A DNA stretch of 64,000 bases from Calditrichia bacterium. GTDB taxonomy: Bacteria; Calditrichota; Calditrichia; JAJRVZ01. Shown here piece by piece: positions 29,445 through 39,097 of the stretch. The stretch is from assembly GCA_963777955.1 (NCBI GenBank), contig CAVZSQ010000013.1:416001-480000 (forward strand), in the 5' to 3' direction. The translations under genes were made by a program, and so were the position numbers. The notes under the pieces were generated by a model. That model was not told the DNA's origin. It worked only from the letters and a program-made list of their open reading frames with translations, and did no database searches. Within the stretch, counting starts at the first letter, position 1, and each line of letters begins with the position of its first letter.

Positions 29445-30548
29445 ATGCTGGCAGAATTTCTCTATCATTTAAAATCATATTTTTTTGGATTTAATATATT
29501 TCGTTATATAACCGTAAAAGCAGCCCTGGCAGCCGTTACAGCCCTGCTGTTCAGTTTACTGATCGGACCCAAAATAATCCGGCTGCTGCGCCGGTACCAA
29601 TTGGGTGAAGAAATCCGCGCTGATGGACCGGCCAGCCATCTGGCTAAAAAAGGCACTCCTACTATGGGTGGACTGATTATTATCATTTCTATCATTCTGG
29701 CTGTGCTGCTGTGGTCTGATATTTTTGATATCTATGTTTTTTTAATATTTATAGCTACCCTGGTCATGGCCGGAGTTGGATTTATTGACGATTACCTTAA
29801 GACTGTAAAAAAAATGAAACGGGGTTTGATCAGCCGGTATAAATTAATCGGTCAGATCAGCCTGGGATTATTTCTCGGCGCTGTTATATATTTTCATCCC
29901 TTTTTCGCCGGCATACATTCCAACACCAGTGTACCGTTTTTTAAAAATCTGGAAATCGATTTCGGGATGTTATACATCGTCTTCATCGCTTTTATTGTGA
30001 CCGGTACCTCTAATGCTGTTAATCTTACCGATGGACTGGATGGTCTGGCTGCCGGACTGAGCGCTATCGCTTTCCTGGCTTTCGCCGGAATGTCTTATAT
30101 AACCGGACATGTGCGCTTAAGCGATTATTTGAATATCATTTACCTGCCCGGTGCACAGGAATTAACCGTATTCTGTATGGCGGTTCTGGGTGCTGCCGTG
30201 GGATTTCTATGGTACAATACTCATCCTGCCGAAATTTTCATGGGGGATACCGGTTCCCTGGCACTGGGCGGCGCTCTGGGCACCGTGGCCATTCTTATAA
30301 AAAAAGAATTATTGCTGGTCATTATCGGGGGTGTATTCATCGCAGAAGTACTCTCCGTCATCATTCAGACAACTTATTTTAAATACACCCGCCGTAAATC
30401 TGGTGCGGGAAAACGTGTTTTTAAAATGACACCTATTCATCACCACTTCGAACTGCTGGGTTGGCATGAATCCAAGGTAGTCGTACGTTTTTGGATTATT
30501 GGTATTTTACTGGCCTTATTGACCTTAACTACATTCAAAACTCAGTAA
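29445..30548 (+). CDS. mraY: Phospho-MurNAc-pentapeptide transferase
   Basis: 'KKGTPTMGG', 'NAVNLTDGLDGL', 'FMGDTGSL', 'PIHHHFE'. Confidence 0.98.
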   Translation: MLAEFLYHLKSYFFGFNIFRYITVKAALAAVTALLFSLLIGPKIIRLLRRYQLGEEIRADGPASHLAKKGTPTMGGLIIIISIILAVLLWSDIFDIYVFLIFIATLVMAGVGFIDDYLKTVKKMKRGLISRYKLIGQISLGLFLGAVIYFHPFFAGIHSNTSVPFFKNLEIDFGMLYIVFIAFIVTGTSNAVNLTDGLDGLAAGLSAIAFLAFAGMSYITGHVRLSDYLNIIYLPGAQELTVFCMAVLGAAVGFLWYNTHPAEIFMGDTGSLALGGALGTVAILIKKELLLVIIGGVFIAEVLSVIIQTTYFKYTRRKSGAGKRVFKMTPIHHHFELLGWHESKVVVRFWIIGILLALLTLTTFKTQ

Positions 30549-30568
30549 AAAAAATAGCGGATGCAAAA

Positions 30569-31927
30569 ATGAATATCCGGCAGTTGAAACAGAAGAAGGT
30601 CACCATACTGGGGGCAGCACGCAGTGGAATTGCTGCCGCCAAATTGCTTACAAAACACGCTGCCCGTGTGTTTGTGAGTGATCTGGCCAAACCAGAAAAT
30701 AAAACCGCTGAAAAACAAATACTTGAGGGGCTGGGGATACCCTTTGAATTTGGCAGGCATTCCGATCAGATCTATGACGCCGACTTTATCATACTGAGTC
30801 CGGGCATCTCACCGGCGACGGCGCTGGTGCAATCCTTCGGCCAAAAAGGTATCCCCGTTTTTTCTGAAGTAGAGCTGGCCTCCTGGTTTTATTCCGGACC
30901 AATAATCGCTGTCACCGGATCAAACGGCAAGACCACAACCACCGCCATTACCGGCCAGATTCTGCGTCAACAATTTCCGGATACTATCATCGCCGGCAAC
31001 ATCGGCACACCGTTCTCCGGTGAAGTGCATGATAAACCAGGTGCCGCTTGCGCCGTGGTTGAGATTTCCAGTTTCCAGCTGGAGACAATCGATTCGTTTC
31101 ATCCTCGCGTGGTGGTGATTATTAACCTGGCCCCTAACCATCTGGACTGGTATAAATCTTTTGAAGAATATGTCAGCGCCAAGTTGCGCATTATGATGAA
31201 TCTTAATCAGAGTGATACTTTGATCTATAACGGGGACGATGAGTTGCTGGCGGCAAAAGTACAGGCCTGCCCTGCCCAAAAATTACGATTCAGTGCATAC
31301 GACCAGAAAACCGATGCTTATTTTAAAGACCAGGCCCTGTATATGCTCAATTCCAGACTGGCAGCGGTACAGGATATCAAACTGCGCGGTATGCACAATT
31401 ATATGAATGCCCTGGCCGCAGGTCTGGCCGCCCGCTGCCTGGGTCTTAATAACGATCCGGTTATCAAGGTACTTTCAACATTTCCCGGTGTAGAACATCG
31501 CCTGGAATTTGTAGCAAATATTAAAGGAGTCTCTTTTATAAATGATTCCAAAGCAACAACTATTGAATCGCTGGCTGTCGCCCTGGCCAGTTTTAATACG
31601 CCGATCATCCTGATTGCGGGCGGAAAAGACAAAGGCAGCGACTTCAGTAAATTGAAAGCAGCACTGAAAAGAAACGTACGACAGGCTATACTGATTGGCG
31701 CAGCTCGCGAGAAGATTATGGCCAGCTGGCAGGGTGTGATTCCAATATCTTCGGCGGGAAATCTTGCCGAAGCAATCACCGCTGCCTATCAGCTGGCACA
31801 ACCGGGCGATACCGTGCTGCTTTCACCGGCTTGCGCCAGTTTCGATATGTTTAAGGACTTCGAAGACCGGGGCAGACTATTTAAACAGGAAGTGCATAAT
31901 CTGAAGGAAAAAATGAAAAATGTCTAA
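30569..31927 (+). CDS. murD: UDP-MurNAc-L-Ala:D-Glu ligase
   Basis: Start set at ATG 30569; 'GAARSG', 'TGSNGKTT', 'EISSFQL', 'NDSKAT', 'SPACASFDMF'. Confidence 0.96.
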   Translation: MNIRQLKQKKVTILGAARSGIAAAKLLTKHAARVFVSDLAKPENKTAEKQILEGLGIPFEFGRHSDQIYDADFIILSPGISPATALVQSFGQKGIPVFSEVELASWFYSGPIIAVTGSNGKTTTTAITGQILRQQFPDTIIAGNIGTPFSGEVHDKPGAACAVVEISSFQLETIDSFHPRVVVIINLAPNHLDWYKSFEEYVSAKLRIMMNLNQSDTLIYNGDDELLAAKVQACPAQKLRFSAYDQKTDAYFKDQALYMLNSRLAAVQDIKLRGMHNYMNALAAGLAARCLGLNNDPVIKVLSTFPGVEHRLEFVANIKGVSFINDSKATTIESLAVALASFNTPIILIAGGKDKGSDFSKLKAALKRNVRQAILIGAAREKIMASWQGVIPISSAGNLAEAITAAYQLAQPGDTVLLSPACASFDMFKDFEDRGRLFKQEVHNLKEKMKNV

Positions 31928-33089
31928 ATCAAAAACCGATATATGGCTGATCATTGCCGTGACCTTGCTGCTGATAACAGGCATTATCATGGTGTTCAGT
32001 GCCAGTGCCCTGGTTGCCCATGAAAGGTATGGCTCATTGCTCTACTATTCACGCAAGCAGATTATCTGGGGCTTTGTATGTATCGTAGCCCTCTTTGTTT
32101 TTTCAAGAATAAATTTGAGAATTTTCACGACAAAAGGCCTGCCACTGGCACTGGTGCTGGTTCATATACTTTTGCTGATCGGCCTTTTTTTCTGGGGGGC
32201 TATGGTAAACGGTGCCCGCCGGTGGTACAATCTGGGTCTGGGAAGTTTTCAACCGTCCGAGCTGGTCAAAATTGTCCTGATTATCTACTTTGCAGACATT
32301 TTCAGCCGTAAAGGAGAATTATTGCACGATTGGCAGAAGGGATTATTACCGCATGTGATCCTCCTGGCCCTGGTGCTGGTACCCATCTTGCTGGAACCAG
32401 ATCTGGGTACCGCCATTATGATCGTTTTGATTTTATCTGTCATGGTATTACTGAGCAATGTTCGTGCACAGCATATCCTGGCCGGGATTTTCCTGGCTAT
32501 GCCCCTGGTGCTTTTAAAAATACGCGGCAGTGCGTATCAAATGGATCGTATCTATTCCTGGTGGGAAAATATTTCGAATCCGCTGGGTTCCGGTTATCAG
32601 GTGAAACAATCTCTGATCGGCCTGGGCAGCGGCGGCCTGTTGGGCAGTGGTATCGGTACCAGTAGACAAAAATTCTATTTCTTGCCTGATTCACACACCG
32701 ATTTTGTTTTTGCCATTGTTGGCGAAGAGATCGGTTTTATCGGCACTACCCTGGTATTACTGCTTTTCCTGGTCATTCTGTGGCGTGGGATCAGCATCGC
32801 CAAAAGGGCTGAAAATGCTTTTTTGCAGTATTGTGCTATTGGTGCAACCATGAGTCTGGTTCTGTATGCCTTGATCAATGCTGCAGTAGTCACCATGTTA
32901 ATTCCCACGACAGGTGTGCCCCTACCTTTCCTGAGTTATGGAGGATCCTCATTACTCTCAGCCGGTATCGCCGTGGGCATATTAATTAATATTTCCCGTA
33001 ATGCCGGGCAACCGTTTCATCAGTTTGGACATAATCGTGCCCAGGCCAATTTACCGGACAGACAGCGTATCTTTATGACGACGAGGTAA
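31920..33089 (+). CDS. ftsW: SEDS peptidoglycan glycosyltransferase FtsW
   Basis: 'NGARRW', 'FQPSE', 'EPDLGT', 'HTDFVF', 'LPFLSYGGSS'. Confidence 0.96.
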   Translation: MSKSKTDIWLIIAVTLLLITGIIMVFSASALVAHERYGSLLYYSRKQIIWGFVCIVALFVFSRINLRIFTTKGLPLALVLVHILLLIGLFFWGAMVNGARRWYNLGLGSFQPSELVKIVLIIYFADIFSRKGELLHDWQKGLLPHVILLALVLVPILLEPDLGTAIMIVLILSVMVLLSNVRAQHILAGIFLAMPLVLLKIRGSAYQMDRIYSWWENISNPLGSGYQVKQSLIGLGSGGLLGSGIGTSRQKFYFLPDSHTDFVFAIVGEEIGFIGTTLVLLLFLVILWRGISIAKRAENAFLQYCAIGATMSLVLYALINAAVVTMLIPTTGVPLPFLSYGGSSLLSAGIAVGILINISRNAGQPFHQFGHNRAQANLPDRQRIFMTTR

Positions 33090-33091
33090 TA

Positions 33092-34225
33092 GTGAGAAGA
33101 GAATTACGCATACTGCTGGCCGGAGGAGGAACGGGCGGACATGTTTTTCCGGCAATATATATTGCTGAGCACCTTAAAAAATACTGGGGAGCGCATTGTC
33201 AGTTTATCGGTACCAAAAAAGGAATAGAAAATATAAAAGTACCCCAGGCCGGGTTTGTGGTGCGCAATATCTGGATCAGCGGTCTTCAGCGCGGTTTTGC
33301 TTTGCGCAATTTATGGCTGCCCTTAAAAATCATAATCAGCATGTTACAGAGTAAACGGGAAATACTTCGATTCAAACCTGACCTGGTCATCGGTACCGGC
33401 GGCTATGTATCCGGCCCTGTTCTGTATCAGGCGGTTAAAATGAACATCCCGACTGCTATCCAGGAGCAGAACAGTTATCCCGGTATTACCACCCGCCTGC
33501 TGGCTTCACGGGTGGATTGTGTGTTTTTGGCCTATCAGGAAGCTTTGAATTATCTGAAGAAAATTAAAAAATATGTATTGGTCGGGAATCCGATCAGGAT
33601 GCAAATCATCACTCAGGATCTGGAAGAAGCTCTGAAGTACTTTAATATCAAAAAAGGCCTGGCTACGGTGCTGGTCTTCGGCGGCAGCCAGGGCGCCCGC
33701 AGTATAAATCAGGCCGTTGACTTTTTAGTAGAAACAGGAATATTCGATCAGATACAATTGATCTGGCAGACCGGTACCCGGGAATTCGAACATTTTAAAC
33801 AGAAATATCTGCGGCAGAACAATAAAAATTTACGGATCATGCCTTTTATCGACCGGATGGATTATGCTTATACGGTAGCGAATCTTGCGGTGTGCCGGGC
33901 CGGTGCCATGACCATTTCCGAATTGGCAGCCGCGGGGCTGCCGGCAATTCTGATTCCCTATCCTTTTGCGGCGGAAAATCATCAATTCAAGAATGCCCAG
34001 GCTGTGGTTCATAGTGAAGGGGCTATTTTAATCGAGGATAATACTGACCTGGCCGCAACACTTAAAACGGCGCTTGTTGCTTTAATGCAAAAGCCTGAGC
34101 GTCTGACCTATATGGCCGGGCAGATAAAAAATTTTCACCACCCCGACACTTTGCAGCGGATTGCTTTCGAATTGGAAGATCTGTGTAAACACAAAGATAA
34201 AACTGAATCCAGGAACGGACAGTAG
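33092..34225 (+). CDS. murG: Lipid II GlcNAc transferase
   Basis: 'GGGTGGHVFP', 'GTGGYVSGP', 'GGSQGA', 'RAGA'. Confidence 0.97.
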   Translation: MRRELRILLAGGGTGGHVFPAIYIAEHLKKYWGAHCQFIGTKKGIENIKVPQAGFVVRNIWISGLQRGFALRNLWLPLKIIISMLQSKREILRFKPDLVIGTGGYVSGPVLYQAVKMNIPTAIQEQNSYPGITTRLLASRVDCVFLAYQEALNYLKKIKKYVLVGNPIRMQIITQDLEEALKYFNIKKGLATVLVFGGSQGARSINQAVDFLVETGIFDQIQLIWQTGTREFEHFKQKYLRQNNKNLRIMPFIDRMDYAYTVANLAVCRAGAMTISELAAAGLPAILIPYPFAAENHQFKNAQAVVHSEGAILIEDNTDLAATLKTALVALMQKPERLTYMAGQIKNFHHPDTLQRIAFELEDLCKHKDKTESRNGQ

Positions 34226-34229
34226 TGGT

Positions 34230-35621
34230 ATGGCCGGATTAAAAAAATTTAAACATGTTTTTTTCAGCGGTATCGGTGGCATCGGTATGAGCGCGATGGC
34301 CAGGATTCTACTGGAAGACGGTTTCAAAGTATCCGGCTCAGACCGGGAGTTATCCGATATTACCCGGCAACTGACTGCACTTGGCGCTGTAATCTATGAA
34401 GGACAACGCGCTGAAAATATAAAAAACGCCGACGTATTGGTATACTCCTCGGCAATTGCGGCAGATAATCCCGAACGGGCAGCAGCCGGGCAACTGCGGA
34501 TACCGGTAATCCGGCGAGCCGAAATGCTGGCCGAAATGATGCGCTTGAAATATTGCCTGGCTATTGCCGGAACTCACGGCAAAACCACTACCTCGGCCAT
34601 GTGCACCACGATTTTTAAAAAGGCCGGCCTGCAGCCGACCTTTCTGGTCGGTGGCCGCCTGCTTGACCTGAAAACAAATGCCGGGGCGGGGCAAGGGGAA
34701 TTTTTCATAACAGAAGCTGATGAATATGATCGCTCCTTTCTGACCCTCAATCCTACTTTTGCCCTGATTACCAATATTGAAGCAGATCATCTCGATTGCT
34801 ATCTCGATCTGGATGACATCAAAAAGGCCTTCATAAGTTTTGCCAGCAAAGTACCATTTTATGGCGCCGTTATTTGCTGCAGCGATGATGCAGGCGTAAA
34901 GGATATTTTGCCGGAATTAAATAACCAGGTTATTACCTATGGTTTAAATGAACAGGCAAACTATCGGGCCGTCCGAATACAGTTCGATAAAAGCCTGGCG
35001 ACCACAACATTTGAAGTCTATCAGCAGGGTAAATCAATCGGTGATATTAAATTAGTCGTATCCGGCGAGCATAATGTTAAAAACGCCCTGGCTGCTATTG
35101 CTCTGGCTATTGAAAACGAAATTCCATTCCACCATATCCAGGCGGCCCTGGCAGCCTTTCATGGAGTTGAACGCCGTTTTGAAGTAAAGGGTTTGATCGA
35201 TAATATTATGGTTATCGATGATTATGCCCACCATCCGACTGAATTGGGCGCTACTCTTGCCACGGCTAAAAAAATCTGGCCGGGGCGCGTGCTGGCTGTT
35301 TTTCAACCGCATCTGTTTTCCCGCACCCGGGATTTTTACAAACAATTTGCCGATCGCTTGCTGCCTGCCGACCTGATCTTCATAACCGATATCTACCCGG
35401 CCCGGGAGCAACCCATGGCCGGGATTACCGCGGAATTGATCGTGCAGGAATTAACGAAACAGAGTCATCCCGCGGTACAGTATGTACCTGACCGCAGGAC
35501 AGTTGCCGGTGCAATACACAAACATGTGCAGGCCGGTGATATGGTTCTGTTCATGGGGGCCGGGGACATTTGGAAATCGGCTAGAGAGTTAACGGAATTA
35601 TTAAAAATCAAAAAGATATAA
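34230..35621 (+). CDS. murC: UDP-MurNAc:L-Ala ligase
   Basis: Start set at ATG 34230; 'GIGGIGMS', 'GTHGKTTT', 'EADE', 'DDYAHHPTE'. Confidence 0.96.
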   Translation: MAGLKKFKHVFFSGIGGIGMSAMARILLEDGFKVSGSDRELSDITRQLTALGAVIYEGQRAENIKNADVLVYSSAIAADNPERAAAGQLRIPVIRRAEMLAEMMRLKYCLAIAGTHGKTTTSAMCTTIFKKAGLQPTFLVGGRLLDLKTNAGAGQGEFFITEADEYDRSFLTLNPTFALITNIEADHLDCYLDLDDIKKAFISFASKVPFYGAVICCSDDAGVKDILPELNNQVITYGLNEQANYRAVRIQFDKSLATTTFEVYQQGKSIGDIKLVVSGEHNVKNALAAIALAIENEIPFHHIQAALAAFHGVERRFEVKGLIDNIMVIDDYAHHPTELGATLATAKKIWPGRVLAVFQPHLFSRTRDFYKQFADRLLPADLIFITDIYPAREQPMAGITAELIVQELTKQSHPAVQYVPDRRTVAGAIHKHVQAGDMVLFMGAGDIWKSARELTELLKIKKI

Positions 35622-35624
35622 ACT

Positions 35625-36428
35625 ATGAATATGAGAGATTATAAGAAACCTTTGCCCAGAAAACGGGCGGTGTCAAATTTTGGATCAAAATATTCAAAGA
35701 TCATTTTTATTCTGATTTTTGTTTTACTGTTCTTCTATACGCTCGGTAAAGTTCTAAAACTCAATCTGAACGAGACCAATACCTACCAGCGTGAAAATGT
35801 GCAGATCAGCGGTAATAAATTAACCGCTACAAAAACGATAATGCAGATATGCGGCTTTGATAATAAAGAAGATGATGCCGTGGCAATGGATCCAAATAAA
35901 ATTTCGCAAAAAATAATGGAGTTGGATTTCATCAAAGGAGTAAGTATAACTTTTCGTCCTCCCCGGATTCTCAATATTACTGTTGAAGAAAGGCAACCGG
36001 TAGCATTCGTCTATGGCCGTGGCTTGAATCTTATCGACACCGAAGGTTTCTTGATGCCCATACCCGAGATGAATACCAGTTGGGACATTCCTTTGATTTC
36101 AGGAATCCAGGAGAATTTGGGTACGTTGGGCGGGCAGGCCACTGCCAAAGAAGTTTACCTGGCTCTGGCCATTGTAAATTACCTTGAGACCGAACATCCC
36201 CTGCTGGCAGGTTTGATTTCCGAAATCAATCTGGCCGCAGACGATTATGTGGAAATATATCTGGTCCATGGTGGTGCAAAAATCCGAACCAACAAAAATT
36301 CCTTCTACAAGGAGTTATACATTTTAAAGACCTATCTGGCTAATTACTATGACTGGTACCAATTGAAAAAAACAGAATACATCGATCTGCGTTTTGCTGA
36401 CCAGATCATTGTCAAAGCAAAAGTATAA
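35625..36428 (+). CDS. ftsQ: Cell division protein FtsQ/DivIB
   Basis: TM, POTRA 'VQISGN...ITVEERQP', C-terminal 'YIDLRFADQIIV'. Confidence 0.9.
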   Translation: MNMRDYKKPLPRKRAVSNFGSKYSKIIFILIFVLLFFYTLGKVLKLNLNETNTYQRENVQISGNKLTATKTIMQICGFDNKEDDAVAMDPNKISQKIMELDFIKGVSITFRPPRILNITVEERQPVAFVYGRGLNLIDTEGFLMPIPEMNTSWDIPLISGIQENLGTLGGQATAKEVYLALAIVNYLETEHPLLAGLISEINLAADDYVEIYLVHGGAKIRTNKNSFYKELYILKTYLANYYDWYQLKKTEYIDLRFADQIIVKAKV

Positions 36429-36507
36429 GGTATTAGCGGAACCCGGCTAGATGAAACCGGACCGGTGCACATTATTGAACATGAATAAAAGAATCAGGGT
36501 ATAAATT

Positions 36508-37740
36508 ATGGATGAAGAAAAAATCTTTGTCGGACTCGATATCGGGACCACTAAAATTGCCGCCGTGGTGGCTCGTATCGATGAGTATGGCACTTTAAAT
36601 ATTGCCGGTGTCGGCACCTCGGCCTCACAGGGCTTGCGCCGCGGGGTGGTGATCAATATTGAGAAGACAGTTAATTCGATCAAAAGAGCTATCGAGCAGG
36701 CGCAATTGATGTCAGGTTGCCATATCGAGAATATTCATGCCGGCATAGCCGGCGACCATATCCGCAGTATTAACAGCAAAGGTGTTATTGCTGTCAGCGG
36801 CCGGGACAGGATCATTAATCAGAATGATGTCGAGCGGGTCATCGATGCAGCCAAAGCCATTGCCCTGCCCATGGACCGCGAGGTAATTCACATATTACCC
36901 CAGGAATTTATTGTCGATGAACAGGACGGTATTAAGAATCCTATCGGTATGGCCGGGACGCGTTTGGAGTGTGAAGTACATATTGTCACAGCAGCGGCAT
37001 CTTCAGTTCAGAACATTGTCAATTGCGTTCAGCAGGCGGGATATAATGTAGAAGAAATTGTTCTGGAACCTTATGCCTCAAGTCTGGCCGTACTGGATAA
37101 AGATGAATTAGATCTGGGTGTGGCCGTGATGGACATTGGCGGTGGTACCACCGATATCGCTGTTTTCCTGGACGGCGGTATTCGATACACTTCTGTGCTT
37201 GGTCTGGGGGGCGAACATGTCACCAGCGATCTGTCACATGGCTTGCGTACTCCCATGGATCAGGCCGAGGATATCAAGCGCAAGTACGGTTGTGCCATGC
37301 AGAGCCTGATCAGCGAAGATGAATTGATTGTGGTACCGGGCATCGCCGGCCGGGCACCGCGTGAAATTGCCAAAAGTGTCTTATGTGCAATCATTGAACC
37401 GCGCATGGAAGAAATGTTCTCGCTGGCTCTGCGTGAATTGGAAAAATCGGATGTTTATGATTCGCTGGGTGCCGGGGTTGTTCTGACCGGAGGGGCTTCA
37501 TTGCTGCCCGGCAGCGTGGAATTGGGCGAACGGGTGTTAGGATTACCCACAAAAGTCGGGTATCCCATCGTCTCCGGCGGGCTGGTCGAAACAGTCAAAA
37601 GTCCGATTTTCGCCACCAGTGTCGGCCTGATCAAATATGCCATGGCCCGCCAGACCGAAAGCAGTATTAAAAGGAAATCCAGCGGAGGGATAAAAAATAT
37701 CTTTGGCAAGATCAAGGATCAATTTGAGGATCTGTTTTAA
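36508..37740 (+). CDS. ftsA: Cell division protein FtsA
   Basis: 'VGLDIGTTKI', 'DIGGGTTD', 'VLTGGA'. Confidence 0.98.
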   Translation: MDEEKIFVGLDIGTTKIAAVVARIDEYGTLNIAGVGTSASQGLRRGVVINIEKTVNSIKRAIEQAQLMSGCHIENIHAGIAGDHIRSINSKGVIAVSGRDRIINQNDVERVIDAAKAIALPMDREVIHILPQEFIVDEQDGIKNPIGMAGTRLECEVHIVTAAASSVQNIVNCVQQAGYNVEEIVLEPYASSLAVLDKDELDLGVAVMDIGGGTTDIAVFLDGGIRYTSVLGLGGEHVTSDLSHGLRTPMDQAEDIKRKYGCAMQSLISEDELIVVPGIAGRAPREIAKSVLCAIIEPRMEEMFSLALRELEKSDVYDSLGAGVVLTGGASLLPGSVELGERVLGLPTKVGYPIVSGGLVETVKSPIFATSVGLIKYAMARQTESSIKRKSSGGIKNIFGKIKDQFEDLF

Positions 37741-37799
37741 AAATTAAATGGCAAATATTTTTCATGATAATATCAAGCAAATCTTAAAGGGAGACCCAT

Positions 37800-39002
37800 A
37801 TGATACAATTTGCTAATCTGGCTGAACAACATGCACGAATTAAAGTTGTCGGCGTAGGGGGAGCAGGTGGTAATGCTCTCAATGGAATGATCGAAGCAGG
37901 TCTTACCGGGGTTGAATTTGTGTCAATCAATACCGATGCCCAGAATCTTGAAAATAACCGTGCACCATACCGGATCCAAATCGGCAAGAATTTGACCAAA
38001 GGCCTGGGTGCCGGAGCGAATCCGGAAATTGGTTTAAAAGCCATTGAAGAAGACAAGGAAGCGGTTATTAACTGCCTGACCGGTGCTGATATGGTGTTTG
38101 TAACAGCGGGTATGGGCGGTGGCACAGGTACCGGCGCTGCTCCGGTGGTCGCCGAAATCGCCAAAGATCTGGGAGCGCTGACCGTAGGTGTGGTAACCCG
38201 TCCTTTTCCGTTTGAAGGGATTGTACGCCAGCGTAATTCAGAGAAGGGAATTCAGGAATTGCGCAAATGCGTGGATACGTTGATTGTCATTCCCAATGAA
38301 CGGGTTTTTAATATCATTGAACGTCATACCCCGGCAATTTCCGCCTTCAAAGTTATTGATTCAATCCTGCTGGAGGCCACCCGCAGTATCTCGGATCTGA
38401 TCAACGTTCACGGTTATATTAATCTTGATTTTGCCGATATCCGCACCATCATGATGGGTATGGGTGATGCTTTGATGGGTACCGGTGTGGCCACCGGAGA
38501 AAGCCGGGCTACTCATGCTGCTGAACAGGCCATAACATCTCCGCTGCTTGATGGTGTGACCATTGATGGCGCCCTGGGTGTGCTGATTAATATAACCGGA
38601 GGTTCCAATCTTACTCTGTGGGAAGTAAATGAAGCCGCCAGTGTCATCCAGCATGCCGCCGGTGACAGGGTCAATGTCATCTTTGGAATGGTGATCGATG
38701 AAGCCCTGCGCGAAGAAATCCGTGTTACTGTGATTGCGACAGGATTCAACAAAGAATCAAAAATAAAATCCGTGCTGGCAGCTCCAAAAGAAAGCGCGAA
38801 ACATTTTGAACCGATTAACCTGAATGAACTGGATAAGCCCACCTTTATCCGTAAACAAAAAGATGAAGAAAAAAGCCATCCCAAAATGCCTCTGCTGGCT
38901 AAACCAGCGCGGACAAACATCTACTCATTTGAAGAAGAGGAATTACCCCCGGAACCCGATGAACTGGATACTCCGACTTTCCTGCGTAAACAGATGGATT
39001 GA
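37800..39002 (+). CDS. ftsZ: Cell division protein FtsZ
   Basis: Tubulin signature GGGTGTG, 'INLDFAD', C-terminal 'LDTPTFLRKQMD'. Confidence 0.99.
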   Translation: MIQFANLAEQHARIKVVGVGGAGGNALNGMIEAGLTGVEFVSINTDAQNLENNRAPYRIQIGKNLTKGLGAGANPEIGLKAIEEDKEAVINCLTGADMVFVTAGMGGGTGTGAAPVVAEIAKDLGALTVGVVTRPFPFEGIVRQRNSEKGIQELRKCVDTLIVIPNERVFNIIERHTPAISAFKVIDSILLEATRSISDLINVHGYINLDFADIRTIMMGMGDALMGTGVATGESRATHAAEQAITSPLLDGVTIDGALGVLINITGGSNLTLWEVNEAASVIQHAAGDRVNVIFGMVIDEALREEIRVTVIATGFNKESKIKSVLAAPKESAKHFEPINLNELDKPTFIRKQKDEEKSHPKMPLLAKPARTNIYSFEEEELPPEPDELDTPTFLRKQMD

Positions 39003-39024
39003 TTAGTTAAGATTTGCTTGATTC

Positions 39025-39062
39025 AAAACCGCTTTGCCTGATTCAGGCAGAGCGGTTTTTTT
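39025..39062. terminator. Bidirectional intrinsic terminator between ftsZ and recJ
   Basis: AAAACCGCTTTGCCTG-att-CAGGCAGAGCGGTTTTTTT between convergent genes. Confidence 0.85.
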
Positions 39063-39097
39063 GTTAGCGGCGGCCTGGATTATTTCAACAAATACTA

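Noticed and set aside
35621..35625. Absence of murB and ddl between murC and ftsQ
   Set aside because: A common dcw variant; the genes are probably elsewhere in the genome.
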